A stretch of 64,000 nucleotides of DNA from Candidatus Spongiisociaceae bacterium (GCA_965202665.1 OZ241841.1:1996189-2060188), one strand, 5' to 3'; shown: positions 39,501 to 50,650, counted from the first letter of the stretch. Made by a program: numbers and translations. Notes: generated by a model not told the origin, from the sequence alone.

Positions 39501-40691
39501 ATGGGGAAGCCGAGGTTTGAGCGTTCGAAGCCGCATGTGAATGTGGGGACGATGGGTCATATTGATCATGGGAAGACGACGTTGACGGCGGCGGTGACGC
39601 GGGTGTTGGCGGAGCGGGTGGGGGGTGTGAATGTTTTTTCGGCGTTTGATGAGATTGATAAGGCTCCGGAGGAGCGGGAGCGGGGGATTACGATTTCGAT
39701 TGCGCATGTGGAGTATGAGACGGAGAGTAGGCATTATGCGCATGTGGATATGCCGGGGCATGCGGATTATATTAAGAATATGATTACGGGGGCGGCGCAG
39801 GTGGATGGGGCGGTGTTGGTGGTGTCGGCGGCGGATGGTCCGATGCCGCAGACGAGGGAGCATGTGTTGTTGGCGAGGCAGGTGGGGGTGCCGTGTGTGG
39901 TGGTGGCGTTGAATAAGGTGGATTTGGTGGATGATGGGGAGTTGTTGGATTTGGTGGAGTTGGAGGTGCGGGAGTTGTTGGGGGAGTATGGGTTTGATGG
40001 GGATGGGGCTCCGGTGGTGCGGGTGTCGGCGTTGGGGGCGTTGGAGGGTGATGTGGGGGCGGGGGATGGGGTGATGGAGTTGTTGGGGGCGGTGGATGAG
40101 TTTGTGCCGGTGCCGGAGCGGCCGGTGGATTTGCCGTTTTTGATGCCGATTGAGGATGTGTTTTCGATTACGGGGCGGGGGACGGTGGTGACGGGGAAGG
40201 TGGAGGCGGGGGTGTTGCGGGTGGGGGGGGATGTGGAGGTGGTGGGGATTAGGGAGACGAGGAGGTCGGTGGCGACGGGGGTGGAGATGTTTCGTAAGTT
40301 GTTGGATGAGGGGAGGGCGGGGGATAATGTGGGGGTGTTGTTGCGGGGGGTGGGGAAGGATGAGGTGGAGCGGGGGCAGGTGTTGGCGGCTCCGGGGTCG
40401 ATTACGCCGCATACGGTGTTTGAGGCGCAGGTGTATGTGTTGACGAAGGAGGAGGGGGGGAGGCATAATCCGTTTTTCTCGGGTTATCAGCCGCAGTTTT
40501 ATTTTAGGACGACGGATGTGACGGGGAAGGTGGAGTTGCCTGGGGGGGTGGAGATGGTGATGCCGGGTGATAACACGACGATGACGGTCACGTTGGGGTC
40601 TCCTATTGCGATGGACGAGGGTTTGCGGTTCGCCATCCGGGAGGGGGGCCGCACGGTGGGGGCGGGCACCGTCACCCAAATCCACAAGTAA
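39501..40691 (+). CDS. tuf: elongation factor Tu (codon usage highly anomalous, see findings)
   Basis: AGGAGG lies 8 nt upstream. [31 protein letters not shown]...[23 protein letters not shown]... Confidence 0.95.
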   Translation: MGKPRFERSKPHVNVGTMGHIDHGKTTLTAAVTRVLAERVGGVNVFSAFDEIDKAPEERERGITISIAHVEYETESRHYAHVDMPGHADYIKNMITGAAQVDGAVLVVSAADGPMPQTREHVLLARQVGVPCVVVALNKVDLVDDGELLDLVELEVRELLGEYGFDGDGAPVVRVSALGALEGDVGAGDGVMELLGAVDEFVPVPERPVDLPFLMPIEDVFSITGRGTVVTGKVEAGVLRVGGDVEVVGIRETRRSVATGVEMFRKLLDEGRAGDNVGVLLRGVGKDEVERGQVLAAPGSITPHTVFEAQVYVLTKEEGGRHNPFFSGYQPQFYFRTTDVTGKVELPGGVEMVMPGDNTTMTVTLGSPIAMDEGLRFAIREGGRTVGAGTVTQIHK

Positions 40692-40719
40692 CCGACAAGA
40701 ACCGAACGGGAACGGGAAG

Positions 40720-41028
40720 ATGAAAAACTACAAGATCCGCATCAAACTGAAGGCGTACGATCACCAGGTGATCGACGAGTCGGCGCGCAAGATCGCCGAA
40801 ACCGTTATCCGCACCCAAGCCACCGTGCGCGGCCCCATCCCCCTTCCCACCAAGATCCAGCGCTACTGCGTCATACGTTCCCCGCACGTTTATAAAGACT
40901 CCCGCGAGCATTTTGAGATACGAACCCACAAGCGGCTGTTGGACATCCTCGATCCCACCCCCAACACGGTGGAGTCCCTGATGCGCTTGGACCTGCCCGC
41001 CGGGGTGGAAGCGGAGATCGAGACATGA
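40720..41028 (+). CDS. rpsJ: 30S ribosomal protein S10
   Basis: [21 protein letters not shown]... Confidence 0.95.
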   Translation: MKNYKIRIKLKAYDHQVIDESARKIAETVIRTQATVRGPIPLPTKIQRYCVIRSPHVYKDSREHFEIRTHKRLLDILDPTPNTVESLMRLDLPAGVEAEIET

Positions 41029-41660
41029 GTTTGACCACCATTGTCGGCGAAAAGGTGGGGATGACGCAGATCTTCGATGAGGAGGCGCGGGCCCTCCCGG
41101 TAACGGTTATCAAAGCCGGCCCCTGCCGTATCGTCCAGATACGCACCCCCGAAACCGACGGCTATTCCGCCGTCCAGCTCGGTTACGGCCAAGCCCGCGG
41201 CGCCAATCGCCCCGTTTCCGGTCATTACGCCAAAGCCGGGGTGGAGCCCGCCCGGCGGTTGGTGGAAGTGCGGGTGGACGATGTTTCCGAGTTTGCGGTG
41301 GGGCAGGAGATCAAGGTGGAGGACATTTTCCAGCCGGGCGGCAAGGCGGATGTAACCGGCGTTTCCAAAGGCAAAGGTTTCCAGGGGGTGATGAAACGAC
41401 ACAACTTCCGGGGTCAGAAGGCCAGCCACGGCGCCCACAAAATCCATCGCGCTCCGGGGGCCATCGGGGCTTGCGCCACCCCCGCCCGGGTGTTCAAAGG
41501 AACCAAGTTGCCGGGCCGCATGGGGGCGGAGCGGGTCACCGTCCTCAACTTGGCGGTGGTGGGCGTGGACGCCGAACAGGGCCTGCTTTTACTGCAGGGG
41601 GCGGTGCCCGGCCCCAAAGGGGCGATGGTGTTCGTGCGGGAGGCGGTCAAGAATGCCTGA
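41025..41660 (+). CDS. rplC: 50S ribosomal protein L3
   Basis: ATGA overlap; ...[23 protein letters not shown]... Confidence 0.95.
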   Translation: MSLTTIVGEKVGMTQIFDEEARALPVTVIKAGPCRIVQIRTPETDGYSAVQLGYGQARGANRPVSGHYAKAGVEPARRLVEVRVDDVSEFAVGQEIKVEDIFQPGGKADVTGVSKGKGFQGVMKRHNFRGQKASHGAHKIHRAPGAIGACATPARVFKGTKLPGRMGAERVTVLNLAVVGVDAEQGLLLLQGAVPGPKGAMVFVREAVKNA

Positions 41661-42486
41661 TCTGTCCGCCCCCCTCTACGATTCCGCCGGAACCGAAAAG
41701 GGAGAGGTGGAGTTGGACGCCGACCTGTTCGGGGTGGAACCCAACCGGGCGGTGATGCACCAGGCGACGGTGGCCTATTTGGCGGGACGGCGGTCGGGAA
41801 CCGCCAAAGTCAAATCCCGCTCCGAAGTGCGGGGGGGAGGCCGCAAGCCTTGGCGGCAGAAAGGTTTGGGACGGTCCCGGCACGGGTCCATCCGCTCGCC
41901 CCTGTGGGTGGGGGGCGGCTCCGCTCACGGACCCCGGCCCCGCACCTACGCCCAGCGCACCCCCAAGAAGATGCGCGGCTTGGCCCTGCGCAGCGCCCTG
42001 TCCTGCCGGGCGGCGGAAGGGGCGGTGAAAGTGGTGGAAGATTTTGAATGGGACGTCCCCCGCACCCGGCGGGCGGCCGAGTTGCTAGCCGCCATCGGGG
42101 CGGACGGCAAGGCCTTGGTGGTGTTGGCCGGCGGGCAGGGGACGGCCGAAGCCTCTTTCCGCAACCTGCCGCAGGTGATTTTGGGCCGGGCGGGCCACCT
42201 TAACGCCTATGACGTGCTCTGGTCGGACACGGTGGTGTTTTCCGGTTCGGCCCTGTCCTATCCGGATCCGTTCGTCGCTCCCGGACAGGAAGCAGTCCCC
42301 GCCGCCGATTCCGAAGAAGATGTTCCCCTCCCCGAATCTCCCCCAACCGGGGAAACCGATGAAGGCGAGGCCCCGGTTGCCGAAACTCCGCCCGCGGACT
42401 CCGATTCCGAATCAGATTCCGAATCTGCGCCGGAGGGCGGGGAAGAGGACTCCGGGGAAGAAGAAGAGGAGGGGGCGAATGTCTGA
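41653..42486 (+). CDS. rplD: 50S ribosomal protein L4 with ~60-aa acidic C-terminal tail
   Basis: ...[26 protein letters not shown]... The tail is ...[28 protein letters not shown]. Confidence 0.95.
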   Translation: MPDLSAPLYDSAGTEKGEVELDADLFGVEPNRAVMHQATVAYLAGRRSGTAKVKSRSEVRGGGRKPWRQKGLGRSRHGSIRSPLWVGGGSAHGPRPRTYAQRTPKKMRGLALRSALSCRAAEGAVKVVEDFEWDVPRTRRAAELLAAIGADGKALVVLAGGQGTAEASFRNLPQVILGRAGHLNAYDVLWSDTVVFSGSALSYPDPFVAPGQEAVPAADSEEDVPLPESPPTGETDEGEAPVAETPPADSDSESDSESAPEGGEEDSGEEEEEGANV

Positions 42487-42766
42487 TCCCCGCGACCTCA
42501 TCCTGGAGCCGGTGGTGTCGGAGAAGTCCTACGATCTCATCGAGCAACACAACACCTACACCTTTTTGGTGGATCGGCGGGCCACCAAAGATCAGATCCG
42601 CCACGCTATGGAGCGGATCTTCGATGTGCGGGTGGTCAAGGTCAACACCCTCATTCGCCGCGGCAAACGCAAGCGCACCCGATGGGTGATGGGGCGCCGT
42701 TCCGACATCAAGCGGGCCATGGTCACCTTGGCCCCCGGCGATTCCGTCGACGTGTTCGGGGTGTGA
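42479..42766 (+). CDS. rplW: 50S ribosomal protein L23
   Basis: [20 protein letters not shown]... Confidence 0.95.
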   Translation: MSDPRDLILEPVVSEKSYDLIEQHNTYTFLVDRRATKDQIRHAMERIFDVRVVKVNTLIRRGKRKRTRWVMGRRSDIKRAMVTLAPGDSVDVFGV

Positions 42767-42767
42767 G

Positions 42768-43601
42768 ATGCCGGTCCGAGGCCGCAAGCCCACTTCGCCC
42801 GGACGCCGCTTCCAGACGGTCTCCGATTTTGCCTCCGTCACCAAAGACAAGCCGGAGAAGTCGCTGCTGGCCAAGCAGAAGCGTTCTTCGGGCCGCAACA
42901 CCCACGGCCGCATCACCTCCCGGCATCGGGGCGGCGGCCACAAGCGCCGCTACCGGATCGTGGATTTCCGCCGGGAGAAGGACGCGGTTCCGGCCAAGGT
43001 GGCGGCGGTGGAATACGACCCCAACCGCAACGCCCGCCTCGCCCTGCTCCACTACTTGGACGGCGAAAAACGCTACATCCTGCATCCGGCGGGGGTGCAG
43101 GTGGGGGACATCTTGCAGTCCGGTTCCGGGGCCGAAATCCGGCCCGGCAACGCCCTGCCTTTGCGCAACATTCCGGCCGGGGCCATCGTGCACGCGGTGG
43201 AGTTGCGGCCGGGCGGGGGGGCCAAGATGGTCCGGTCGGCCGGGGCCGGGGCGCAGCTGATGTCCAAAGAGGCTGGGCGGGCCCTGTTGCGCCTGCCGTC
43301 CGGCGAGGTGCGCAATGTTCCTTTGGACTGCCGGGCCACCATAGGACAGGTGGGCAACGCCGAGGCCGAATTAATCAAAATCGGCAAAGCGGGCCGCAAC
43401 CGCTGGAAGGGGGTCCGCCCCCAGACGCGGGGAGTGGCCATGAACCCGGTGGATCACCCGCTGGGCGGCGGCGAGGGCAAGTCCTCGGGCGGACGGCATC
43501 CGGTGTCCCCCTGGGGCAAGCCGGAGGGCCGCACCCGGGACCGCAACAAGGCCAGCAACCGGGACATCGTACGCAGGCGGACCCGAAAGCGCCGGAGGTA
43601 G
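42768..43601 (+). CDS. rplB: 50S ribosomal protein L2
   Basis: ...[23 protein letters not shown]... Confidence 0.95.
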   Translation: MPVRGRKPTSPGRRFQTVSDFASVTKDKPEKSLLAKQKRSSGRNTHGRITSRHRGGGHKRRYRIVDFRREKDAVPAKVAAVEYDPNRNARLALLHYLDGEKRYILHPAGVQVGDILQSGSGAEIRPGNALPLRNIPAGAIVHAVELRPGGGAKMVRSAGAGAQLMSKEAGRALLRLPSGEVRNVPLDCRATIGQVGNAEAELIKIGKAGRNRWKGVRPQTRGVAMNPVDHPLGGGEGKSSGGRHPVSPWGKPEGRTRDRNKASNRDIVRRRTRKRRR

Positions 43602-43604
43602 GAA

Positions 43605-43886
43605 ATGGCCCGCAGTCTCAAAAAAGGCCCCTTCGTGGACGGTCATTTGCTCCGCAAGGTGGAGGCCCTCAACCGCAGCGGCCAAAAGAACGTCATCCGC
43701 ACTTGGAGCCGGCGCAGCACCATCATCCCCGATATGGTGGGTCACATCATCGCCGTGCACGACGGCCGCAAGCACGTGCCGGTTTACATTTCCGAGTCCA
43801 TGGTGGGGCACAAATTGGGCGAGTTCGCCCCCACCCGCACATTTCGCGGCCACGCCGGGAGCAAAGAGAAGGCGGCCGGAAGATGA
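43605..43886 (+). CDS. rpsS: 30S ribosomal protein S19
   Basis: [16 protein letters not shown]... Confidence 0.95.
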   Translation: MARSLKKGPFVDGHLLRKVEALNRSGQKNVIRTWSRRSTIIPDMVGHIIAVHDGRKHVPVYISESMVGHKLGEFAPTRTFRGHAGSKEKAAGR

Positions 43887-44248
43887 GGGCCGTCGCCCAC
43901 GCCCGCTATATTCGCCAGTCGCCCTACAAGGTGCGTTTGGTGCTGGATCAGGTGCGGGGGCGCCCGGCGTCCGAGGCGCGGACGGCCCTGCGCTTCTCCA
44001 ACCGCCGCGCCGCCGGCCCTATCTTGAAATGCCTGGATTCGGCCATCGCCAACCTCAACTCCAAGTTTGATCTGGGGCAGGACGTGGATTCTCTGGCCGG
44101 CGAAGTGAGGGTGGAGGAGGCTTACGCCGGCGAGGGGCCGACCCTGAAAAGGTTCCGTCCCCGGGCCCGGGGGCGGGCCGCCCGCATCCGCAAGCGCACC
44201 AGCCATATCACGATTGTGGTTTCCGATGAACGGGAGGAGAGGGAATAG
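43883..44248 (+). CDS. rplV: 50S ribosomal protein L22
   Basis: [26 protein letters not shown]... Confidence 0.95.
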   Translation: MRAVAHARYIRQSPYKVRLVLDQVRGRPASEARTALRFSNRRAAGPILKCLDSAIANLNSKFDLGQDVDSLAGEVRVEEAYAGEGPTLKRFRPRARGRAARIRKRTSHITIVVSDEREERE

Positions 44249-45279
44249 TGGGGCAGAAAACCCACCCGTACGGGTTCCGTTTGGGCATCGTCACTGACTG
44301 GAAGTCGCGTTGGTTCTCCAACAAGGAATACCAGGACCTGGCCAATCAGGATTATCAGATCCGCGACTACCTGTGGCGGGAGTTGGCGCGGGGGGCGGTG
44401 TCCCGCATCGATGTGGAACGCACCCGCGACAAGCTGGTGGTGGAGGTGCACACCGCCCGTCCCGGGGTGGTGATCGGACGCAAAGGGGCGGAGGCGGACC
44501 GCATCCGCAACGGTTTGGAGAAGATGGCGGGCCAACCGGTGAAGTTGAACGTGGTGGAGGTGAAAGAGCCCGACTCCGACGCCCTGTTGCTGGCCCGGGG
44601 AGTGGCCGACCAGTTGGAGAACCGGGTGGCTTTCCGCCGGGCTATGAAACGGGCGGTGCAGACGGCGCTGACCGCCGGGGCGGAAGGGGTGCGCGTGGAA
44701 TGCTCGGGCCGCCTGGGCGGGGCCGATATGGGACGCCGGGAATGGTACCGGGAGGGACGGGTGCCTTTGCATACCCTGCGGGCCGACATTGACTACGGCC
44801 GGGCCACGGCCCGCACCACGGTGGGGGCCATCGGCGTCAAAGTGTGGGTCTACAAGGGGGATCTGGTTTCTTCTTTGAAGACCACCCGCGAGAAAATCGC
44901 CGCTGAGGCGGCCCTGGCCGCGGGCGGTCCCGCCGGACGGGTGATTTCGGCCAAGAGCCGGGCCGAGCAACGCACCGGCGAACGCAAGACCCCCCGCGTC
45001 ATCGAAGCGGGGGGCGGCAAGCGCCTGATCGAAGCGGGCGGCGGCCGCAAGGTGACCGCGGCCGAGGCCCGTTCCGAATACCGGGAGGCGGTGGAGGATC
45101 AAGAGGAGAAACTGGACATCCTGTCCGACTCCGGGGCCGATGAGGCGGGCGACTCTGATGCCGGGGAGCATACCCCGGAGGAGAGGGTCGGGGCGCCGGG
45201 TGATGGGACGGCGCCCGCCGACGGGACGGCCGAGGATTCGGATCCCCCCTCCTCCGAGGCGGGCGGGGAGGAAGAATAA
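44248..45279 (+). CDS. rpsC: 30S ribosomal protein S3 with ~115-aa C-terminal extension
   Basis: The start is [25 protein letters not shown]... The tail contains the tandem [18 protein letters not shown] and an acidic end. Confidence 0.95.
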   Translation: MGQKTHPYGFRLGIVTDWKSRWFSNKEYQDLANQDYQIRDYLWRELARGAVSRIDVERTRDKLVVEVHTARPGVVIGRKGAEADRIRNGLEKMAGQPVKLNVVEVKEPDSDALLLARGVADQLENRVAFRRAMKRAVQTALTAGAEGVRVECSGRLGGADMGRREWYREGRVPLHTLRADIDYGRATARTTVGAIGVKVWVYKGDLVSSLKTTREKIAAEAALAAGGPAGRVISAKSRAEQRTGERKTPRVIEAGGGKRLIEAGGGRKVTAAEARSEYREAVEDQEEKLDILSDSGADEAGDSDAGEHTPEERVGAPGDGTAPADGTAEDSDPPSSEAGGEEE

Positions 45280-45692
45280 TGTTGATGCCCAAACGCACCA
45301 AGTACCGCAAGGTGCACCGGGGCCGCATGCGGGGCTACGCCAAGGGCGGGTCCGCCGTTTCCTTCGGCGACTACGGGATCCAGGCCTTGGAGCCGGGGCA
45401 CATCACCGCCCGCCAGATCGAGTCGGCCCGGGTGGCCATCACCCGCACCGTGCGACGGGGCGGCAAGGTGTGGATAAATATTTTCCCGGACAAGCCGATG
45501 ACGGCCAAACCGGCTGAGACCCGCATGGGATCCGGCAAAGGCAACCCCGAGTTCTGGGTGGCGGTGGTCAAACCGGGGCGGGTGATGATGGAGTTGTCCG
45601 GGGTGGGCGAGGATTTGGCCCGGGAGGCGATCCGCAAGGCGGGCCACAAGTTGCCCATCAAAACCAAGTTCGTGGTGAGGGAGACCGGATGA
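45279..45692 (+). CDS. rplP: 50S ribosomal protein L16
   Basis: [19 protein letters not shown]... Confidence 0.95.
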   Translation: MLMPKRTKYRKVHRGRMRGYAKGGSAVSFGDYGIQALEPGHITARQIESARVAITRTVRRGGKVWINIFPDKPMTAKPAETRMGSGKGNPEFWVAVVKPGRVMMELSGVGEDLAREAIRKAGHKLPIKTKFVVRETG

Positions 45693-46126
45693 AGACTTAC
45701 GAAGCGCGCGAGATGACCTATGCGGAGCTGGTCGAAAAGTTGGAGGAGGCCAAGGATGACCTGTTCAACCTGCGCTTCCAGCTGGCGGTCAGCCAATCCG
45801 ACAACACCGCCCGCTTGGGCGAGTTGCGCCGGGACATCGCCCGCATGAGAACCGTGCTCAACGAATGGGAGCGGGACGGCCGCCCCCTCGGCTACGAAGA
45901 GGGGGAATATGAATGGGAGTCCCCGCCAGTCGACGAAACCGACGCCGAATTCCCAGAGGAGGAAGAAGCGGCGGCGGAGGAGGAGGATGCAGGGCCGATT
46001 CTGGAGGAGGAGACGGCGGCCGCTCCGTCCGATGAGCAAGAAGAGCAGGATGATGATTCCGTCGAGGAGCAAGCGGAGGAGGATGCCAAGCCCCGCCGCC
46101 GCTGGGGCAGGCGGAGTAAGAAATGA
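45689..46126 (+). CDS. rpmC: 50S ribosomal protein L29 with ~80-aa acidic C-terminal extension
   Basis: ...[21 protein letters not shown]... is followed by a tail rich in E/D ([13 protein letters not shown]...). Confidence 0.9.
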   Translation: MKTYEAREMTYAELVEKLEEAKDDLFNLRFQLAVSQSDNTARLGELRRDIARMRTVLNEWERDGRPLGYEEGEYEWESPPVDETDAEFPEEEEAAAEEEDAGPILEEETAAAPSDEQEEQDDDSVEEQAEEDAKPRRRWGRRSKK

Positions 46127-46386
46127 ACCAGGCTTCGCGTCCCCGCCGCAAGACCCGCACCGGGATAGTCATTTCCAACGCCCGGGACAAAACGGTCACC
46201 GTGCAGGTGAGGCGCGCCACCCGCCACCCCCGTTACGGCAAGATCGTGCCCGCTTTTAAAAACTTCCACGCCCATGACGAGGACAACGAATCCCGGGTGG
46301 GGGACCGGGTGCGCATCGTGGAAACCCGTCCCCTGTCCAAGACCAAGCGCTGGCGGGTGGCGGAGATTGTGGAGCGAGCCCGATGA
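46123..46386 (+). CDS. rpsQ: 30S ribosomal protein S17
   Basis: ...[21 protein letters not shown]... Confidence 0.95.
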   Translation: MNQASRPRRKTRTGIVISNARDKTVTVQVRRATRHPRYGKIVPAFKNFHAHDEDNESRVGDRVRIVETRPLSKTKRWRVAEIVERAR

Positions 46387-46751
46387 TCGGACAGGAGTCC
46401 CGTCTCAAAGTGGCCGACAACAGCGGCGCCCGGGAGGTGCTATGCATCCGCGTGCTGGGCGGTTCCCGCCGTCGCTACGCCCGGGTGGGGGATATGATCG
46501 TGGCCACCGTCAAAGAGGCCTCCCCCGGTTCCAACGTGCGCAAAGGGGAGGTGGTGAGGGCGGTGGTGGTGCGCACCGCCAAAGAACAACGGCGCCGGGA
46601 CGGAACCTACATCCGGTTCGACGACAACGCCTGCGTGTTGCTCAACGACCAGCGCCTGCCGCGCGGCACCCGCATTTTCGGCCCGGTGGCCCGCGAGTTG
46701 CGCGACCGGCGGTTCATGCGCATCGTTTCGCTGGCCCCGGAGGTGCTGTGA
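46383..46751 (+). CDS. rplN: 50S ribosomal protein L14
   Basis: [25 protein letters not shown]... Confidence 0.95.
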   Translation: MIGQESRLKVADNSGAREVLCIRVLGGSRRRYARVGDMIVATVKEASPGSNVRKGEVVRAVVVRTAKEQRRRDGTYIRFDDNACVLLNDQRLPRGTRIFGPVARELRDRRFMRIVSLAPEVL

Positions 46752-47056
46752 TGGCCGTTCGGGAAGGAGACCGGGTGATGGTGATCACCGGCAAGGACAA
46801 GGGACGGGAGTCCCGCGTGTCTAGGGTCATCCCCGATCGGGGGCAGGTAATCGTGGAAGGGGTGAACGTGGTGAAGCGCCACCAACGTTCCACCGGCCGC
46901 ACCCTGCAGGCGGGGATCATCGAAAAGAACATGCCCATTGACATTTCCAACGTGATGCTGATGTGCCCGGAGTGCGGCCCGGTGCGCACCGGGGCCGGTT
47001 TCGACGAAGCGGGAAACAAGTTCCGCCGGTGCGTGAAATGCGATCAGGAGATCTGA
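46751..47056 (+). CDS. rplX: 50S ribosomal protein L24 (with CxxC...CxxC motif)
   Basis: [18 protein letters not shown]... The C-terminal part reads CPECG...CVKCD. Confidence 0.9.
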   Translation: MAVREGDRVMVITGKDKGRESRVSRVIPDRGQVIVEGVNVVKRHQRSTGRTLQAGIIEKNMPIDISNVMLMCPECGPVRTGAGFDEAGNKFRRCVKCDQEI

Positions 47057-47643
47057 TGGCGGACTCCGCAAACGGCCAAACTCCCCCGCCCCGTTTCAAA
47101 GTCCGTTACCGGGAGTTCGTGCACGCCCACCTGCAGGGGAAGCTGGGTTTGGACAACCCGATGCTGGTGCCCGACTTGGACAAGATAGTGGTCAACATGG
47201 GGGTGGGGGAGGCGGTGGCCGACGGCAAGCAGATCACCTCGGCCATGGAGGAGCTGGCGGTGATCACCGGTCAGAAGCCCCGCCTCAACCGGGCCAAACG
47301 TTCCATCGCCAACTTCAAAGTGCGGGCCGGCAATCCGGTGGGGGCGTCGGTCACCATGCGCGGCGACCGGGCTTGGGAGTTTCTGGATCGCCTGATTACC
47401 ATTTCCATACCCCGCATCCGCGATTTCCGGGGACTCAACCCGCGGGCTTTCGACGGACGGGGCAACTATTCTTTCGGGGTGAGCGAACAGCTCATTTTCC
47501 CGGAGGTTGATTACGACAAGGTGACGGCCGTGCGCGGCATGGACATCACCATATGCACCACCTCCGCCGACGACGAGGGGGCGGCCGCCTTTTTGGAAGC
47601 TTTCGGCTTTCCGTTCCGCGGTACCACCCCCACCGCGGTGTAG
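47056..47643 (+). CDS. rplE: 50S ribosomal protein L5
   Basis: ...[11 protein letters not shown]...RGMDITI.TT... Confidence 0.95.
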   Translation: MADSANGQTPPPRFKVRYREFVHAHLQGKLGLDNPMLVPDLDKIVVNMGVGEAVADGKQITSAMEELAVITGQKPRLNRAKRSIANFKVRAGNPVGASVTMRGDRAWEFLDRLITISIPRIRDFRGLNPRAFDGRGNYSFGVSEQLIFPEVDYDKVTAVRGMDITICTTSADDEGAAAFLEAFGFPFRGTTPTAV

Positions 47644-47668
47644 GCGGACCGGGCAAGGAGAGCGCAAG

Positions 47669-47974
47669 ATGGCAAAAAAATCAATGATCGCCAAAAACAA
47701 GCGGCGCCAAGAGTTGGTTGCCCGCTACCGGGAGCGACGGTCCGAAGCGCTGGCCGTGATCAAGAACCCGGAAGCCTCTTTGGAGGACAAGCGGGAAGCC
47801 TATGACCTGATCGCCAAGATGCCCCGCGACGCCAGTCCCACCCGCAGCCGCAATCGGTGCCGGGTGAGCGGCCGGCCGCGCGGTTACCTGCGCCGCTTCG
47901 GCATGTCCCGGATTGCGGTGCGGGAGTTGGCCCATCGCGGCGAATTGCCGGGCGTGGTCAAGTCCTCCTGGTAA
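47669..47974 (+). CDS. rpsN: 30S ribosomal protein S14 (long, non-zinc form)
   Basis: [17 protein letters not shown]...[11 protein letters not shown]. It is 101 aa and has no CxxC pairs. Confidence 0.95.
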   Translation: MAKKSMIAKNKRRQELVARYRERRSEALAVIKNPEASLEDKREAYDLIAKMPRDASPTRSRNRCRVSGRPRGYLRRFGMSRIAVRELAHRGELPGVVKSSW

Positions 47975-47999
47975 GGCGACGGGCAAGGAGAGAAGCGAC

Positions 48000-48401
48000 A
48001 TGATGACCGACCCCATCGCCGACATGCTCACCCGCATCCGCAACGGCAACCAGGCTTTGCACAAGGTGGTGACCATGCCCTCCTCTAAAATGAAGGAGGA
48101 GATCGCCAAATTGCTGGCCTTCGAGGGCTATGTGGACGGATACGACGTTTCCCCCGCCCCCCAGGGCAAGGAGCTCAGCATCCGCCTCAAATACACCGGC
48201 CGCTCCGACCGGGACCCCATCTTGCGCGGCTTGCGCCGGATTTCCAGCCCCGGCCGTCGCATCTACCAGGGGGCGGGCGAACTGCCCCGTTCCCAGGGCG
48301 GCCTGGGCACCATCGTGGTGTCCACCTCCGAGGGACTGATGTCCGACCGGGAGGCCCGCCGCCGCCGGCTGGGCGGCGAGATAGTTTGCGAAGTTTGGTG
48401 A
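48000..48401 (+). CDS. rpsH: 30S ribosomal protein S8
   Basis: MMTDPIADMLTRIRNG... Confidence 0.95.
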   Translation: MMTDPIADMLTRIRNGNQALHKVVTMPSSKMKEEIAKLLAFEGYVDGYDVSPAPQGKELSIRLKYTGRSDRDPILRGLRRISSPGRRIYQGAGELPRSQGGLGTIVVSTSEGLMSDREARRRRLGGEIVCEVW

Positions 48402-48426
48402 GCGGGGCGAGGGCGAGGAGCAACGG

Positions 48427-48978
48427 ATGAGCAGGATCGGACGGCTTCCCATTCCCATTCCCGACGGGGTGGAAGTGGAGGTCCGGGAGGGCGCCCGCCC
48501 CCGAGTGACCGTCACCGGTCCGAGGGGGGCGTTGGAACGCACCTTCGGCGAGCGGGTGGCGGTGACCGTGCGGGACGGACAGTGCCTGGTGACCCGCATG
48601 AACGACGAAGCCCCCTCCCGCGCCCATCACGGCCTGACCAGGGCCCTGCTCAACAACATGATCATCGGGGTTTCCCAAGGCTACAGCAAGACTTTGAAGA
48701 TCGTGGGGGTGGGCTACCGGGCGTCCGCCAAAGACGGAGGATTGGATATTCAGATCGGTTTCAGCCACAATGTGGAGGTTTCCGGCGTGGAGGGAGTGGA
48801 ATTCGACGTTCCCGATCCCACCACCATCATCGTGAAAGGCCGCGACAAGGAGTTGGTGGGCCAAGTGGCGGCCGACATTCGCAAAATCCGCCCCCCCGAG
48901 CCCTACAAGGGCAAGGGCATCCGCTACGAGAACGAATACGTGCGACGCAAGGGCGGCAAGACGGGAGTGACCACCTAA
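48427..48978 (+). CDS. rplF: 50S ribosomal protein L6
   Basis: [17 protein letters not shown]... Confidence 0.95.
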   Translation: MSRIGRLPIPIPDGVEVEVREGARPRVTVTGPRGALERTFGERVAVTVRDGQCLVTRMNDEAPSRAHHGLTRALLNNMIIGVSQGYSKTLKIVGVGYRASAKDGGLDIQIGFSHNVEVSGVEGVEFDVPDPTTIIVKGRDKELVGQVAADIRKIRPPEPYKGKGIRYENEYVRRKGGKTGVTT

Positions 48979-49346
48979 TGAGCGACATCCAAATTTCCCG
49001 CCGGCGCCGCCTGGGACGACTGCGCCGCCACCGGCGGGTGCGCAAGGGCCTGTCGGGCGCCGCCGACCGCCCCAGGTTGGCCGTGTTCCGCAGCAACCGT
49101 TACATTTACGCCCAAGTGATCGATGACTCCTCCGGGCGTACTTTGGCCGCCGCTTCCTCCCAGGAATCGGATTTGCGGGAACGCACCCTCACCGTGCAGA
49201 CCGCTTCCGCGGTCGGGACGTTGCTGGCCGAGCGGGCGGCCGCGGCCGGCGTGGAGCGGGTGGTGTTCGATCGGGGCGGTTACGCCTATCACGGCCGGGT
49301 GAAAGCCTTGGCCCAAGCAGCCCGGGAGGCCGGCCTTGACTTCTAG
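48978..49346 (+). CDS. rplR: 50S ribosomal protein L18
   Basis: ...[20 protein letters not shown]... Confidence 0.95.
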   Translation: MSDIQISRRRRLGRLRRHRRVRKGLSGAADRPRLAVFRSNRYIYAQVIDDSSGRTLAAASSQESDLRERTLTVQTASAVGTLLAERAAAAGVERVVFDRGGYAYHGRVKALAQAAREAGLDF

Positions 49347-49890
49347 AAGAGATTCCCAGCCCGGCGCCCCCTACGACGAGCGGGTGGTGCAGATCAACCG
49401 GGTGGCCAAGGTGGTGAAAGGCGGGCGCCGGTTTTCATTCACCGCCCTGGTGGTGGTGGGGGACGGTGAAGGACGGGTGGGGGTCGGCTACGGCAAAGCC
49501 AAGGAGGTGCCGTCCGCCATTCAGAAGGGGATCGAGGCGGCCCGCCGGGCCATGTTCACCGTTCCCATGGCGGGCACCACCATCATCCACGAGGTGATGG
49601 GACGGCAGGGGGCGTCGCGGGTGTTGCTCAAGCCCGCCTCCCCCGGCACCGGGGTGATCGCCGGTGCGGCGGTGCGCCAGATTCTGGAAGCGGCCGGGGT
49701 GCGGGACGTCTTGGGCAAGTCGCTGGGTTCGCCCACCCACTTGAACGTGGCCAAAGCCACGGTCAACGCCTTGCGCTCCCAGTTGCGCCCGGAGGAGGTG
49801 GCGGCCGCCCGGGGCAAAACGCCGGAGGAGGTGACCCCTCCCGCCCTGCTGGCCGCCTACCGCTCAGCTGAGATGGCCCGGGCCGACTGA
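49336..49890 (+). CDS. rpsE: 30S ribosomal protein S5
   Basis: The TTG start overlaps the rplR end. ...[28 protein letters not shown]... Confidence 0.9.
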   Translation: MTSRRDSQPGAPYDERVVQINRVAKVVKGGRRFSFTALVVVGDGEGRVGVGYGKAKEVPSAIQKGIEAARRAMFTVPMAGTTIIHEVMGRQGASRVLLKPASPGTGVIAGAAVRQILEAAGVRDVLGKSLGSPTHLNVAKATVNALRSQLRPEEVAAARGKTPEEVTPPALLAAYRSAEMARAD

Positions 49891-49913
49891 CGGCGGGAGA
49901 AAGAGGTTTCCCG

Positions 49914-50123
49914 ATGGCCGAAAAGTCACCCGCCCCATCCGGCAGGTTGCGCATAACTTTGCGGCGCAGCCTGATCGGGGAAAAGCCCAAAACCCGGGCC
50001 ACGGTGCGCGGTTTGGGCCTGCGCCGCATTGATTCCGTCGTGGAGCACGCCGACACCCCCGACGTCCGGGGCATGGTGCGGCGGGTCATCCACCTAGTGG
50101 AAGTGGAAGAGGTTTCCCGGTGA
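49914..50123 (+). CDS. rpmD: 50S ribosomal protein L30
   Basis: ...[27 protein letters not shown]... Confidence 0.9.
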   Translation: MAEKSPAPSGRLRITLRRSLIGEKPKTRATVRGLGLRRIDSVVEHADTPDVRGMVRRVIHLVEVEEVSR

Positions 50124-50650
50124 ACGCCGAAGAGAACGCCGTGCCGGATTCCGCCGCCCCGCCGGAGGGGGAAGTAGCCGAAGAGGGGATCGCCGGGGGG
50201 AGGGGCGGCCAGTTGAAACTCCATCATCTGCGCCCGGCCCCCGGCTCCAAGCGCCGCAAGATACGGGTGGGCCGGGGGGAGTCGGGACGGCGCGGCAAAA
50301 CCGCCGGGCGGGGCATGAAGGGCCGCCTGGCCCGGGGCAAGATGCGCCCCGGCTTTGAAGGGGGCCAGACCCCGCTCCAGTCCCGCATTCCCCACTTGCG
50401 CGGTTTCAAGCCGGTCAACCGGCGGGAGTTTACGGTGGTCAATGTGGACGACCTCCGCGTTTTTCAAAAGGATTCGGCGGTGTCGGTGGACGACCTGCGC
50501 GACCAGGGCTTGGCCCGCAAACGGGGCCGGGTGAAGGTGCTGGGCCGGGGGGAGTTGGACAAACCGCTGGTGGTGCAGGCGCACGCCTTCAGCGCCTCGG
50601 CCCGGGCCAAGATCGAAGCGGCCGGCGGCCAATGCGAAGTCGTGGAATGA
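50120..50650 (+). CDS. rplO: 50S ribosomal protein L15
   Basis: ...[22 protein letters not shown]... GTG 50120 (GTGA overlap) gives a ~30-aa acidic N-extension. An alternative start is TTG 50213, behind a G-rich SD. Confidence 0.9.
   Translation: MNAEENAVPDSAAPPEGEVAEEGIAGGRGGQLKLHHLRPAPGSKRRKIRVGRGESGRRGKTAGRGMKGRLARGKMRPGFEGGQTPLQSRIPHLRGFKPVNRREFTVVNVDDLRVFQKDSAVSVDDLRDQGLARKRGRVKVLGRGELDKPLVVQAHAFSASARAKIEAAGGQCEVVE

Noticed and set aside
39417-40685. A 422-codon stop-free antisense ORF across tuf, encoding an H/P/R/L/I-rich protein.
   Set aside because: It is codon-aligned with tuf. Its openness follows automatically from the absence of A-ending sense codons (TTA, CTA, TCA). Its odd composition simply mirrors the G/T-only wobble positions. 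It has no independent start or SD support. It is used only as evidence for the tuf anomaly.
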